NCBI GenBank assembly: GCA_965217185.1 | Contig: OZ244252.1 | Location: 1,184,001 to 1,248,000 of the forward strand | DNA: 64,000 bases | Direction of reading: 5' to 3' | Origin: an uncultured Candidatus Entotheonella sp. | GTDB taxonomy: Bacteria > Tectomicrobia > Entotheonellia > Entotheonellales > Entotheonellaceae | Part shown: in pieces, positions 1 to 10,338 of the stretch | Layout of the letters: each line of letters begins with the position of its first letter | Numbering within the stretch: the first letter of the stretch is position 1 | Translations under genes and position numbers: made by a program | Notes under the pieces: model-generated | What the model saw: only the letters and a program-made list of their open reading frames with translations | Databases searched by the model: none | What the model was told of the DNA's origin: nothing

Positions 1-732
1 CAAGGCCACGTCCCATTGCCGGGTGCCGCCGGCGCCGCCGTTGAGAAAGTCGAAGTAGGCGCCCTGCTGCTCGCCGCCCATGACGCCGTCGGCGAAGCAT
101 TCCGCATACAGCGCGGCGCCCGTGCAGATGCCGGTACAGCCGTTGAACACCAGATGCTGCCCGATGAGCTTGGTTTCAGCACCGGCCGAGACGGAGGCGC
201 CGTAATTACGCGGGCGTCCCAGGACTTCGAGGGTCGGTTCCAGGCGGCTGTAAAGGTCTTGGTCGCCGCTGGCCAGGATGAGCATGCCGTTCGGATGTCC
301 GCCGCCGAGTTGCGCGCCCAGCGGGCCGCCGGTGAGCGGGTAGTTGACGTAGTCGACGCCCAATCCCTTGCAAAACGCCTCGGCTGCAACCGTGAAGCCG
401 GCGCTGACGGTCGACATGTGCATGATGAAGGGCGGCGCGTCGCACCGTTCGTGCAGCAGCCGGGCCAGGCTGGCGATGACTTGCAGGTCGTCGCCGTTCT
501 TGCCGCAGCACGCCACGACGCCGTCGATCTGGCCGTCGCCGATCACGTCTTCGAAGGTGCCGACGAGCTCGGCTCCGTGTTGCCGCCAAGCCTCGCGGAA
601 TACGTCCCTTTGCTGGCCCGGCGTGCCACGATCGTGTACCCGCAGTACGCGGGCCGGCCCCGCCGGTTTGAGATGCGTGCCGGCCGGACCCGCCATCAGC
701 CCCAGTCCGCCAACGTATGCAAGCCGTAACAT
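1..732 (-). CDS. NAD(P)-dependent oxidoreductase, 6-phosphogluconate/3-hydroxyisobutyrate dehydrogenase-like (3' end runs off the window)
   Basis: Not in the ORF track. Manual translation from ATG 732 gives MLRLAYVGGLGLMAGPAG (Rossmann-like), then HMSTVS, YPLTGGPLGA and AETKLIGQHL. GAGGGG RBS upstream; frame is open to the window edge. Confidence 0.75.
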   Translation of the reverse strand, partial: MLRLAYVGGLGLMAGPAGTHLKPAGPARVLRVHDRGTPGQQRDVFREAWRQHGAELVGTFEDVIGDGQIDGVVACCGKNGDDLQVIASLARLLHERCDAPPFIMHMSTVSAGFTVAAEAFCKGLGVDYVNYPLTGGPLGAQLGGGHPNGMLILASGDQDLYSRLEPTLEVLGRPRNYGASVSAGAETKLIGQHLVFNGCTGICTGAALYAECFADGVMGGEQQGAYFDFLNGGAGGTRQWDVAL

Positions 733-862
733 GAATTCCCCTCTATGCGTTCGTGTGAAGATATGGGCGGCTGGCGCACCGCGGCCCGCCCGGCATCCGG
801 TTGACCTATCACGTTTTTCCGATAGTATCGACGGCGAATTCTAACACACCCGGGAGGCGCTC

Positions 863-1510
863 ATGTGCCGGTTTCTACTGCTGTCATCCGACGAGCCCTG
901 CGACGTGCAGCAGGTTCTGGAGCAATTTGCGCGCATGTGCGAACAAAGCACCTGTCTGGACGGTGATTGGCAAGGCGACGGTTGGGGGGTGGCTTGGTGG
1001 CAGGAGGGGGAAGGCTGGTCCCTGCATCGGTCGCTGGCGCCGATCTGGACCGAGGCGGATTACGGGCGCCAATTGCCCGCCACGCACCGCCTCGTGGTGC
1101 ACGCGCGTGCCGCCTCATTCCCGGAACACAAGGGCGATCTGGCGTTTGCGCAGCCCTACGTGCACGGGCCGTACGCCTTCGTGTTCAATGGCCTCATCGC
1201 GGGCGTGCGCCCGCCGCGCGGCATGAAGATTCCCGGTGCTATCGGGGCGGAGAAAATCTGGTATCTGGTGCGGCAAAGGCTGGAGGAAGGCTTGACGCTG
1301 CGGGAGGCTCTGGCGTGGGTGTACGGCTTTCTGGTGCGCCGCAGCCGTAGAATTCAGGCGTGCAACATGGGTCTTAGCGACGGCCGGCAGGAGGCGAGCC
1401 ACAACGGCAATCCCACCGGCCATCCGTATTATCAAATTCATCAGGCGCAGCACAGAAGCGTGCGCCTGATTTGCTCCGAACCCTTTGGGGATTGGCCGTG
1501 GCAGGCTTAA
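863..1510 (+). CDS. Class II glutamine amidotransferase / Ntn-hydrolase (YafJ/EgtC-like)
   Basis: N-terminal MCR (Cys2 nucleophile), DGWGVAW, HARAAS and FVFNG motifs; GGAGG RBS. Confidence 0.85.
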   Translation: MCRFLLLSSDEPCDVQQVLEQFARMCEQSTCLDGDWQGDGWGVAWWQEGEGWSLHRSLAPIWTEADYGRQLPATHRLVVHARAASFPEHKGDLAFAQPYVHGPYAFVFNGLIAGVRPPRGMKIPGAIGAEKIWYLVRQRLEEGLTLREALAWVYGFLVRRSRRIQACNMGLSDGRQEASHNGNPTGHPYYQIHQAQHRSVRLICSEPFGDWPWQA

Positions 1511-2855
1511 TACTACAGTTGCAATTCCACGTTACGATTCTGGCGCCGTCGGTAATGACACCATCGCGCTACCCATTGATGCCGACGGCGCCATTTGCTC
1601 CATCCCAACACCTGCTCCACGCCGTGCCACACCCTCAGCACTAAACGCCAAAACAAACGCCGTATCTCCGCCACACTCAACACGACACCAGGCCCCGCGA
1701 CGCTTTGAAGCCCAGCAGACTGCTCACCGACGAGCGTTTTTTTTCCACCACCTCCAAGTGGGCGGCCCGCACGGCACTCAGCAACGCCAACGCCCACATC
1801 GACAAGGTGACGTGACGATACCACCCCGTCCAACTGCGAACCTCATACTCATCTAGTCCCACTTCACCCTTGGCCGCCTCAAAACACATCTCAATACACC
1901 AACGCCGACCCGCCACCGACACCAGCGTCGCCAAGTCCGTGCCGCACGGCGCATACACCGCATAGGCCGTCAACTTCCCGTCCGCTTTCAGGCTGCGACG
2001 CACCAGCAAACAGCGGCGCCAACCCGCCTGCGCCGCCGTCAACCCCACACACTGCCAGTCATAGAACCTCGGCCCCTTGCTCCCCGAACCGGCACTCAGT
2101 CGCTGCCAAGCCCCCTCGTCAAGCCCCGCAAGCACCGACTGCACCGAACACGGACGACCCTCAAACCAGACACGTTCCTTGCCAGACACCGCCAACACAT
2201 ACGCCTTTGCCTGCCCTTCCAACCACAGACGCAAGCGACGCGCGTCGCCGTAAACGCTGTCGCCCACCACCCACGAGGCAGGCACCCCCGAAGCAAAGGC
2301 GCGCTCAAGCATCGTCCGGGCTAACTCAGGTTTGGTGGCAAACTCTGCCTCTGGAGCAATGCCCGCCCGCTGGCAGCGCGCAGCATCCTCCGTCCACGAC
2401 GCGGGCAGGTATAAGGCACGGTCCAGCAAGGTCTGACCCAGGCGACTGGCGTAGCCCACAAACACGCCAATCTGACAGTTTTCGACTTTGCCGGCCGTGC
2501 CGCTGTACTGCCTGGCCACCCCGGCGGAGCGGTCGCCTTTTTTCAAGAATCCCGTCTCATCGACCACCAGCACCGCGTCGGGGTCGCCCAGGTGTGCCAC
2601 GACGTAGGCACACAGGGCGTCTCGCAGGTCGTCGGCCTGCCACGAAGCCCGACGGCCAAAGGAGGGACGCAGGCACTGGTCCACCTCATGGAGATAGGCT
2701 TGCCAGCCCGTGACAGTCGTCATAGCCTGCCCCGTGCTTGACATGGGGTCGGCCTCGGTTGCGAGCGAGTTGAACGGCTAGCTTAACATCATGGCTCTCC
2801 TTCGCTTTGCGTTCAGGGAAAAGACCATGATAACAGCTAAACCGCAACTGTAGTA
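1511..2855 (-). mobile_element. IS701-family insertion sequence
   Basis: Perfect 12-bp terminal inverted repeats TACTACAGTTGC (1511-1522) and GCAACTGTAGTA (2844-2855), flanked by a TTAA duplication (1507-1510, 2856-2859) that fits the YTAR target of IS701. Encodes a DDE transposase. Confidence 0.93.
1513..2744 (-). pseudogene. IS701-family transposase: ORF 1677-2744 plus a -1-frame tail to 1513 via an A8 tract; N-terminal in-frame deletion
   Basis: Motifs VDETGFLKKG, VARQYSGTAGKVENCQ, GDSVYG and RWCIEMCFEAAKGEVGLDEYEVR. A8 at 1737-1744 joins the LSVAEIRRL...WRRRHQ...CHYRRR tail. The usual YLRGLL...RKNGWQLAE segment is missing near 2650. Confidence 0.85.
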
Positions 2856-3470
2856 TTAACCCCAGAGTTCCTCCAGGCGCTGGGCACGGCCGCAGTTCCA
2901 CTTGTAGTACTTGTAGCGCAGCGGGTTGTGCTTGTAGTAGTCCTGGTGGTAATCCTCGGCGGGATAGAACGTCGAAGCCGCGACGATCGGCGTTACGATC
3001 GGCTCCGCGAACGGCTTGGATTCCTGGAGGGTTTTTTTGGAGGCTTCGGCGAGTCGCATCTGCTCGTCGTCGTGCACGAAAATGGCGGTGCGGTACTGAT
3101 CGCCGAAGTCACAGAACTGCCGGTCCATGACGGTGGGATCAACGTTGCGCCAGAAGACGTCGAGTAGTTGCTCATAGGTGATCTGCGCCGGATCGTAAAT
3201 CACCTCGACGGCTTCCGCATGACCGGTTCGGCCGCTGGTGACCTGCTTGTACGTCGGATTATCGGCGTTCCCTCCAGTGTAACCTGAGGTAGCCGATATA
3301 ACGCCCGAAACCTTCTCGAACGCCTCTTCCACGCACCAGAAGCAGCCGCCTGCAAACGTGGCTTTGGCGCGTTCGGTCTCTTCCGCTGTTGCGTGAGTCG
3401 CCATCACGGCCAGCAAGGCGCCAGCCAGCGCAAGAACAGTCATCCAACTGGGTATGCATTTCGTTGTCAT
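2856..3470 (-). CDS. msrA: Peptide-methionine (S)-S-oxide reductase with signal peptide (exported)
   Basis: FAGGCFWC, GYTGG, TGHAEAV and FYPAEDYHQDYY motifs; hydrophobic N-terminus ending ATA; ATG 3470 follows AAGGA. Confidence 0.95.
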   Translation of the reverse strand: MTTKCIPSWMTVLALAGALLAVMATHATAEETERAKATFAGGCFWCVEEAFEKVSGVISATSGYTGGNADNPTYKQVTSGRTGHAEAVEVIYDPAQITYEQLLDVFWRNVDPTVMDRQFCDFGDQYRTAIFVHDDEQMRLAEASKKTLQESKPFAEPIVTPIVAASTFYPAEDYHQDYYKHNPLRYKYYKWNCGRAQRLEELWG

Positions 3471-3578
3471 AATACGATTCCTTTTCAAATTGGTTTAACA
3501 ATCTTTCCCAAACCGATTTAACAATCGGCCTGTATCCGTAAACAGCCATTTCGCCTAAATAAGTCCCACGATGACAAT

Positions 3579-4532
3579 TTACTTCCGTAACATGCCGAAA
3601 CTGAATCCGGTAATCAGATGCTTCTGGATGAGGATGCCAAGCACCACCACGGGCAGGGTGATGACGGTGCCAATAGCGGCCTGCGGGCCGTACAAACGGC
3701 CCTCGACGGCGCTCTGGAACTTGTTCAGCAGCACCGGGAGGGTGGATACCTGTGGCTGCGTGAGGGTCAGCGACAGCAGGAATTCGCTCCAGTTGAGGAT
3801 GAAGATGAAGAGGAACGTCACCATCATGCCCGAGGCCACCAAGGGAAGAACAATGCGCCGTAGGGTGTAGATGCGGCCGGCTCCCATGATGCGGGCGGCG
3901 TGCTCCAGGGTGTAGGGCACCTCGTCGATAAAGCTGAGCATCATCCAGATCACGAACGGCAGGGTTGTCGCCACGTACAGCAGGCCGAGCCCGACGTAGG
4001 TGTCGAACAGGCTGACCCGCACGCCCAGCAGCAGGTCGGTGGTGTAAGGTATCAGCACCGCGTAGTACATCAGGATGGGAATGGCGATGACGATGGGCGG
4101 CACCATGCGGATGGTGAGGACGAGGTAGCGAAAGTTCTTGCCGCCCACGTTGAATCGGGAAATCGAGTAGGCCAGGAAGGTGCCCATGAGCAGCGCCACC
4201 AGCGAGCTGAACGTGGCGATAGCCACCGAGTCGCCGACCGCTTTCCAGATGTTGTAGACCTGTTCGGTGGCCTCGCGGCTAGGGGCGGTGGCCAGGGGGC
4301 CGACGGCCAGAATCTGCTGGTAGTTGTATAGGGTGGGCTGGTGCGGCAGCCAGTGCGGCGGCCAGGCGATCCACTCACCCGAGCCTTTGAACGAGGTCGA
4401 AACCATCCAGAAGATAGGAAACAGGACGATCAGAGACCAGGCGATCAGAACCGCGTGCCGAAAATAGGGAAAGAGCCGGCGGCGCCTCGACTTGCCGGTT
4501 GACGCGTGAGGCCGGTCGGTCGCTGCCATCAT
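3579..4532 (-). CDS. Carbohydrate ABC transporter permease (MalG-like)
   Basis: EHAARIMGA EAA loop, WSEFL motif, multiple TM segments. Confidence 0.9.
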   Translation of the reverse strand: MMAATDRPHASTGKSRRRRLFPYFRHAVLIAWSLIVLFPIFWMVSTSFKGSGEWIAWPPHWLPHQPTLYNYQQILAVGPLATAPSREATEQVYNIWKAVGDSVAIATFSSLVALLMGTFLAYSISRFNVGGKNFRYLVLTIRMVPPIVIAIPILMYYAVLIPYTTDLLLGVRVSLFDTYVGLGLLYVATTLPFVIWMMLSFIDEVPYTLEHAARIMGAGRIYTLRRIVLPLVASGMMVTFLFIFILNWSEFLLSLTLTQPQVSTLPVLLNKFQSAVEGRLYGPQAAIGTVITLPVVVLGILIQKHLITGFSFGMLRK

Positions 4533-5500
4533 CCCCTCCCCTCAGGCTGCTGCAACAGGGCTCGTTCGCGCACCAAAAGGTATATGCCGCCGTATATCAG
4601 ACTGGAGAAGAGCAGCAACAGCAGGACCGAAGCAGCGGCGCCGAAGCCGTACTTGTTGAATTGCCACACTTGGCGCCACAGGAAGAAGGCGATTGTCTGC
4701 GTGCTGTCGCCGGGCCCGCCGAAGGTGAGCAGCACGGCCTGGTCGAACAGCTTCAGGGCCTCCATGGTGCGGATGACGACCGCGATGACGATGGCGGGCT
4801 TCAGCAGCGGCAGTTGGATGCGGCGAAAAATCTGCCAGCGGCTTGCCCCCATGACGCGAGCCGCGTTGATCAACTCCGGTGGCAGGGCGGTAAATCCCGA
4901 CAGGAAGATGAGAAACGTCAACGACGTCCATTGCCAGACGTCGGCCAGGATGATTGCCCATTGCGCGGCGAACGGATGCGACAGCCAGCGGATGCGGGCG
5001 GTGACACCGAAGGGCGTCAGAATCGGCGCGAGAATCTGGTTCAGCGGTCCGGAATCGACGTAGATCATCGAGAAGTTGTAGCCCACCACCACTGGCACGA
5101 CCATCATGGGGATGAGAAAGATGGTGATGTACAGCCGCCGCCCGCGAAACGCCTGGTGCACCAGCATGGCCAGGAAGAACCCCAGAACCAGTTCGAGGGT
5201 CACTGCCGCCCCGGCGAAGTAAAACGTCCTGCCGAGTGACCACCAGAACTCCGGCTCTCCAATGACCCTGGCGTAATTGGCAAAGCCCTGAACGTAAGCC
5301 TGCTCGAAAGGCCGGCTGGCGCGCCATCTGAGCAGGCTTATGTAGATCGTCAGGACGAACGGCAGGGCCAGCAGGAGCAGAAACATGCCCTCCACCATGA
5401 CGAACGGCACGAGCCGGAAGACGCGTTCCTGCGCCAGCCACGCCGCCAACCCGAACGGCCGCCTGGGAGTTGTTTCTGTTTCCGCCCTCACGGATCTCAC
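4529..5500 (-). CDS. Carbohydrate ABC transporter permease (MalF-like)
   Basis: NAARVMGASRWQIF EAA loop, DVWQWT and TFGGPG; overlaps the next permease (ATGA). Confidence 0.9.
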   Translation of the reverse strand: MRSVRAETETTPRRPFGLAAWLAQERVFRLVPFVMVEGMFLLLLALPFVLTIYISLLRWRASRPFEQAYVQGFANYARVIGEPEFWWSLGRTFYFAGAAVTLELVLGFFLAMLVHQAFRGRRLYITIFLIPMMVVPVVVGYNFSMIYVDSGPLNQILAPILTPFGVTARIRWLSHPFAAQWAIILADVWQWTSLTFLIFLSGFTALPPELINAARVMGASRWQIFRRIQLPLLKPAIVIAVVIRTMEALKLFDQAVLLTFGGPGDSTQTIAFFLWRQVWQFNKYGFGAAASVLLLLLFSSLIYGGIYLLVRERALLQQPEGRG

Positions 5501-5506
5501 CGATTT

Positions 5507-6970
5507 CTACTGGAAGGTATCCAGATAGGCGCCGCTGGCGACGCCATTGCGCCAGGATTCGATCTGGTAGTCGCGTCCCACGTCTTCCGTGACCGAATTC
5601 CAGCCTCGCTCAATGCGTGCGGCGGCCTCCTCCGGCGTCAGGTTGCTTTGCATCACCTGCGCCAGATTCTTGTCCAGGACGTTGAAGTACTCGTAATTGC
5701 CCTCGATCATCAGCAGCGAGACGGCGTACTTGGTGTTCGCCATCGTTGTCTCAATGAACTGGCTGCCAAACTTTTCGACAATCGCCGGGTTGTCCAGGTT
5801 CGAGCGCCGCATCGGATCCCAGAAGCCCTGCGGGTCGGCGATTGCGACGTCGCCCTGTTGCGGTCCCGTGAACCATTGCAGGAAATAGTATGCCAACTCC
5901 GGGTGCTTGCCGTGGCGGTTCACCATATAGCCGGTGCCGGCGGCTTGCGGCGAGCGGCGCACCAACTGGTCGTCCCGCATTACTCCGGGGATGAGGCAAC
6001 TGAGCTGTTGGCCGGAGATTTGCGTCTGCGGATTCTTGTTGCCGTATCCCACGATGGAGGGGAAGGACATCACCGAGAAAGCCTGTCCGCTTGCCCAAAA
6101 GGGATAGATCTGCGGCGTCCCCCAGCCCTGGATGTCCGGCGGCATGTATTGCACGATCGAGCTGAAGGCGCGGATCGCCTCAACGCCGTGCGGTGTGTTG
6201 ACCAAGGGATTCATATCCTGGTCGAACAGCAGGCCCCCGAAGTAGGCCGGAAAGTGACGATAGGAAAAGTTGATGGCGCGGTAGCCCATGGCGCCGTACA
6301 GGTCCTGGTCGAACGTTTTGCCCCAGCGGGTGTCGCCCTTTTTGGTGTGGAAAAACGATGCCAATTGCTCCCATTGCGCCATCGTCTCAGGGCAGCCGGG
6401 TTCCCAGCCGTACTGCGCCTGGAATTCTTCTTTGGCGCCCGGCAACTCCAGAATGTCCTTGCGCAGCACCAGGATGATGTGATCGCCGTCGAGCAGAAAA
6501 AAATACTGTTTGCCGTTGTAGCGCTGTTGGGCGCGCAGAGCGGGCTCGATGCCGGAAAAATCGGGGCGCCCGCGCTCGGTGTAGTCATCGAGCGGCATCA
6601 GGACGCCGGCGCCGGCGGCATCGGGCACGACGTAGGGGAAGTGGTTGAAGATGTCGTACTGCCCCGTCTTGGCGATCGCCTCCGCCATAATCTTGGAGGG
6701 AATGTCGGTGTAGCCGTACTCGATGAAATTGACCTTGATGCCGGTCAGTTCCTCCCACTGCCTGGCGTACGCCGGCATGGCGTTGCGAAACAGGGAGATG
6801 AGCAGGATCGTGAGCGACGGGTCTTGCAACTGGTGCTCTTCCAGGTACGCCTTGACGCCGTTGATGGCGCGTTCCTCCACCGTGTCGCCGGGCAGGGTCT
6901 GAGCCTGCGCCAGTGTGCATGCAAGAGCGAGGCAGAGTGCGATTGGAGCCAGCTTCCTGACGTATTTCAA
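5507..6970 (-). CDS. CUT1 ABC transporter substrate-binding protein
   Basis: TTG start after AAGGAGGT, signal peptide ending AQA, and WEELTGIKVNF...GQYD family-1 SBP pattern. Confidence 0.88.
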   Translation of the reverse strand: MKYVRKLAPIALCLALACTLAQAQTLPGDTVEERAINGVKAYLEEHQLQDPSLTILLISLFRNAMPAYARQWEELTGIKVNFIEYGYTDIPSKIMAEAIAKTGQYDIFNHFPYVVPDAAGAGVLMPLDDYTERGRPDFSGIEPALRAQQRYNGKQYFFLLDGDHIILVLRKDILELPGAKEEFQAQYGWEPGCPETMAQWEQLASFFHTKKGDTRWGKTFDQDLYGAMGYRAINFSYRHFPAYFGGLLFDQDMNPLVNTPHGVEAIRAFSSIVQYMPPDIQGWGTPQIYPFWASGQAFSVMSFPSIVGYGNKNPQTQISGQQLSCLIPGVMRDDQLVRRSPQAAGTGYMVNRHGKHPELAYYFLQWFTGPQQGDVAIADPQGFWDPMRRSNLDNPAIVEKFGSQFIETTMANTKYAVSLLMIEGNYEYFNVLDKNLAQVMQSNLTPEEAAARIERGWNSVTEDVGRDYQIESWRNGVASGAYLDTFQ

Positions 6971-7004
6971 AATGTCACCTCCTTTGGGATGCCGCGATTC
7001 GGTT

Positions 7005-8078
7005 TCATTGCAGGCGCGTTCCGTCCTCCGCGTCGAACACGAGCACGCCCTTGGGGTCGAAGTCAAAGGCAATGGCCTCCCCTACCTGGAAGGCGCGGTC
7101 GCCTCGGACCTTGGCTACGAGTTGGGATGGGCCGCCGTAGTCGAAGTGGACCAGCGTCTCGTCACCCAGCGGTTCGGTCAACTGAACGCGCCCGGCAACG
7201 CCTTGAGCGCTCATCAGGACATGTTCGGAGCGGACGCCGATACAGACGTCACGGTCCGTGACAGTGCGGGGTACGGCCTCGGCGGGTAATTCGAGTTCGA
7301 GATGGTTTGCCTGAAAGCGCGGTGGATGGGTGTCGCTGAGGCGGCCCGAGACGAGATTCATGGTCGGCATGCCGAAAAAGCCGGCCACGAAAAGGTTCGC
7401 CGGACGGCGATAGATTTCCAGCGGCGTGCCGATCTGCTGAATGAGGCCCCCCTGCATGACGGCAATGCGGTCGGCCATGGTCATTGCCTCGGCCTGATCG
7501 TGGGTGACGTAGACGAAGGTGGAGCGCAATTGTTCGTGCAGGCGCTTGAGCTCGGTGCGCATCTCAACCCGCAGCTTGGCGTCGAGGCTGGACAGTGGTT
7601 CGTCCAGCAGGAGCACGTCCGGGTTGCTGATGGTGGTGCGGGCCAGGGCGACGCGTTGCGCCTCGCCGCCGGAGCACTGACCCGGTTTCTTGGCAAGCAG
7701 GTGGGCGATCTGAAAGGCTTCAGCGACTCGGCTGACGCGTTCGTTCAGATCAGCCGCGGGGACTTTCCGTACCCGCAGGCCGAAAGCGATGTTCTCGAAC
7801 ACGGTCATGTGGGGGAACAGCGCGAGATTCTGAAACACCATGCCAAGGTGGCGCTCGCCCGGTTCCAGGTCATTGACGACCCGGTCGCCAATGATCACCT
7901 GGCCGCTGGTCGGCTGTTCAAGACCGCAGATCATGTTCAGGGTGGTCGTTTTGCCACAGCCGGAAGGGCCGACGAAAATCATGAACTCGCCGTCCTGGAT
8001 GTCCAGACTCACCCCGGCGACGGCCATGACGCTGGCACCGAATGTCTTCACGAGATTTTCAAGCACGATACGGGCCAC
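7005..8078 (-). CDS. CUT1 ABC transporter ATP-binding protein (MalK-like)
   Basis: Walker A GPSGCGKTT, signature CSGGEAQR, LLLDEP, YVTHDQ and TOBE tail; GTG start after GGAGGAG. Confidence 0.93.
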   Translation of the reverse strand: MARIVLENLVKTFGASVMAVAGVSLDIQDGEFMIFVGPSGCGKTTTLNMICGLEQPTSGQVIIGDRVVNDLEPGERHLGMVFQNLALFPHMTVFENIAFGLRVRKVPAADLNERVSRVAEAFQIAHLLAKKPGQCSGGEAQRVALARTTISNPDVLLLDEPLSSLDAKLRVEMRTELKRLHEQLRSTFVYVTHDQAEAMTMADRIAVMQGGLIQQIGTPLEIYRRPANLFVAGFFGMPTMNLVSGRLSDTHPPRFQANHLELELPAEAVPRTVTDRDVCIGVRSEHVLMSAQGVAGRVQLTEPLGDETLVHFDYGGPSQLVAKVRGDRAFQVGEAIAFDFDPKGVLVFDAEDGTRLQ

Positions 8079-8274
8079 CCTGACTCCTCCCAGACGGTTC
8101 TCACAGGTCATCGCGTCTTGTATTATCAATTGTCATCAGGCGGGGTCAATCGGAAAGTGCACGATCCCATACCCGAATCACAACCCGCTTTCCAGCCAGG
8201 GTTGACACAACGATAGGCGGTATGTTGTCGTACCATGACCGGTTTGCCATGACTGCTCAGAGGAGAGATGGGCG

Positions 8275-10320
8275 ATGAAGAAAGCATACGGGGTGGTCAA
8301 GAAATTAGGTGTATTGGCTTGCCTAGCGCTGGTGGTGCTATTGGCCAGCCTCGGCGCACCGCCAACGGCAGCGTCGGATGAGCAACGTATGGGTGCCCAT
8401 CTCATCGGCACCATTGAGGGACCCGAGGTCATTACCGATCCGACCCGGATGCCGACGCAGTTCCAGGAAGCGCCGGCGCTAGCCGCCCTGGTCGAGCAAG
8501 GAAAGTTGCCGCCGGTAAGCAAGCGTCTGCCTGCCGAGCCGCTGGTGATCAAACCCTTACATGCCATCGGCACTTACGGTGGCACCTGGCATCGCGGCTT
8601 CACGGGACCGGCCGATAAGTGGAGTGGCTATCGCTGTTGTGCTTTCGACACCCTGACCTATGTCGACTTTCGGGGTGAAAAGCTCGTGCCCAATGTGGTC
8701 AAGAACTGGCAGGTATCCGACCAGGGGCGGACGTTCAACCTGTTTCTGCGCCGGGGCATGAAGTGGAGTGATGGCACCCCGTTCACGGCCGATGATTTTG
8801 TCTTCTGGTACGAAGACATGTTTCTGAACGAGGAGCTTAACCCGACCCGGCATCAAATCATGTCCATCAATGGTAAGCCGGGGATCTTGGAGAAAGTCGA
8901 CCCTTACACCATTCAGTTCAAATTCCCTGAGCCCTACCATCTGTTTCTCGAATTGCTAGCCGCTGCCACTCCGCTTGGCGGCCACGCCTATCAAGGGCTC
9001 TTCAGCATGGGCGGGTACGCTCCGAAACATTATTTGAAGCGGTTTCACCCCAAGTACGCCGGCTCAGACGCGGTGCAAAAGATCGTGCAGGTGGAGGGGT
9101 ATGACAACTGGGTGAATTTATTCAAATTCAAAAACGACTGGGCCCTCAACGTGGGTCTGCCGGTCATTACGGCCTGGAAGACCGTCTCGCCGATTAACCA
9201 GACCACCTGGACGCTTGAGCGCAACCCGTACTATTGGGCTGTGGACACGGCCGGGAATCAGTTGCCTTACATCGACAAGGTCGTCATGACGCTAGCGGAG
9301 GACCTCGAGGTGCTGAACCTGCGTGCCATCTCGGGTGAGTACGATTTCCAGGCCAGGCATATCGATATCCAGAAACTCCCGGTGCTGTTGGAGAATCAGG
9401 AGCGGGGTGGCTACAAGGTGTCTCTGGATCCCATGGAAAATGGTTCAGATTATGGCATCTGGTTCAACCTGGCCTACGACGCTGATCCGGAAATCGCCCA
9501 ATGGCTCAACAACCGCGACTTTCGTCGTGCCCTGGCGCTGGGGGTCGACCGAGACCAGATCAATGAGATTTTCTTTCTTGGCATTGGCATAGCCGGTTCT
9601 GTAGCCCCGGCAGAGGATAACCCGTACAGCCCCGGTCCCGAGTACCGCACGCGCTGGGCCACCTACGATCCACACAAGGCCAACCAGATGCTCGACGCCA
9701 TCGGTTTGGTTAACAAAGACGAGCAGGGCTTCCGGCTGCGCACCGATGGTAAGGGGCGGTTACAATTCGAATTGGCGACGCTGGGCAGTCAATTCGTCCA
9801 GCACACCCAGATCTCGGAAATGGTCCGCGAGCACTGGAAACAAATTGGCATCGAAATCTTCGTCAAGGAGCACGAACGCAGCCTGTGGGGTACTCGGGCG
9901 GGAGCGAATGAGGGCCAACTTTTTGCCTGGGGTAACGATGGCACGGACTCGCTATTCATTTTTCCCTTCTGGTTGGTCCCTCTGCAGGCAGGGCATTGGG
10001 TCAGCTCGCCATACGGCGCCTGGTTTGCCTCCAGCGGCATGCGGGGTAAGGAGCCCCCCGCTCCCATGCGCCAGGTGATGGACCTGTACAGGCGTGGCTT
10101 CACGGTGCCGTTCGAGGAGCGGGTGGAGCTTGGCAAGCAAATCTGGCGCATCCACCTCGATGAAGTCTGGCATCTCGGCGTGGTGGGCCAAGCCGGAGCC
10201 GTCATGGGCGTCCGGGTGGTCAATAACAGGATGGGGAATATCCCGGACCGGCAGGCGAACCTGAACACCTACAAGCCGCCGGCCCCCTCTCGGCCACAAA
10301 CGTTCTTCTTCAAGCCGTAA
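8275..10320 (+). CDS. Family 5 (peptide/nickel-type) ABC substrate-binding protein, orphan
   Basis: Signal peptide; GKLPPVSKRLP, LRRGMKWSDGTPFTADD and RNPYYWAVD motifs; no adjacent permease genes. Confidence 0.9.
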   Translation: MKKAYGVVKKLGVLACLALVVLLASLGAPPTAASDEQRMGAHLIGTIEGPEVITDPTRMPTQFQEAPALAALVEQGKLPPVSKRLPAEPLVIKPLHAIGTYGGTWHRGFTGPADKWSGYRCCAFDTLTYVDFRGEKLVPNVVKNWQVSDQGRTFNLFLRRGMKWSDGTPFTADDFVFWYEDMFLNEELNPTRHQIMSINGKPGILEKVDPYTIQFKFPEPYHLFLELLAAATPLGGHAYQGLFSMGGYAPKHYLKRFHPKYAGSDAVQKIVQVEGYDNWVNLFKFKNDWALNVGLPVITAWKTVSPINQTTWTLERNPYYWAVDTAGNQLPYIDKVVMTLAEDLEVLNLRAISGEYDFQARHIDIQKLPVLLENQERGGYKVSLDPMENGSDYGIWFNLAYDADPEIAQWLNNRDFRRALALGVDRDQINEIFFLGIGIAGSVAPAEDNPYSPGPEYRTRWATYDPHKANQMLDAIGLVNKDEQGFRLRTDGKGRLQFELATLGSQFVQHTQISEMVREHWKQIGIEIFVKEHERSLWGTRAGANEGQLFAWGNDGTDSLFIFPFWLVPLQAGHWVSSPYGAWFASSGMRGKEPPAPMRQVMDLYRRGFTVPFEERVELGKQIWRIHLDEVWHLGVVGQAGAVMGVRVVNNRMGNIPDRQANLNTYKPPAPSRPQTFFFKP

Positions 10321-10338
10321 ACGGCTAGCCTCAAATCC

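Noticed and set aside
5648..7261. Long antisense ORFs (also 7302-8216, 11259-12335, 32233-34158, 46705-47625, 50326-51357, 61564-62694)
   Set aside because: Shadow frames of well-supported genes in high-GC DNA; they carry no motifs of their own.
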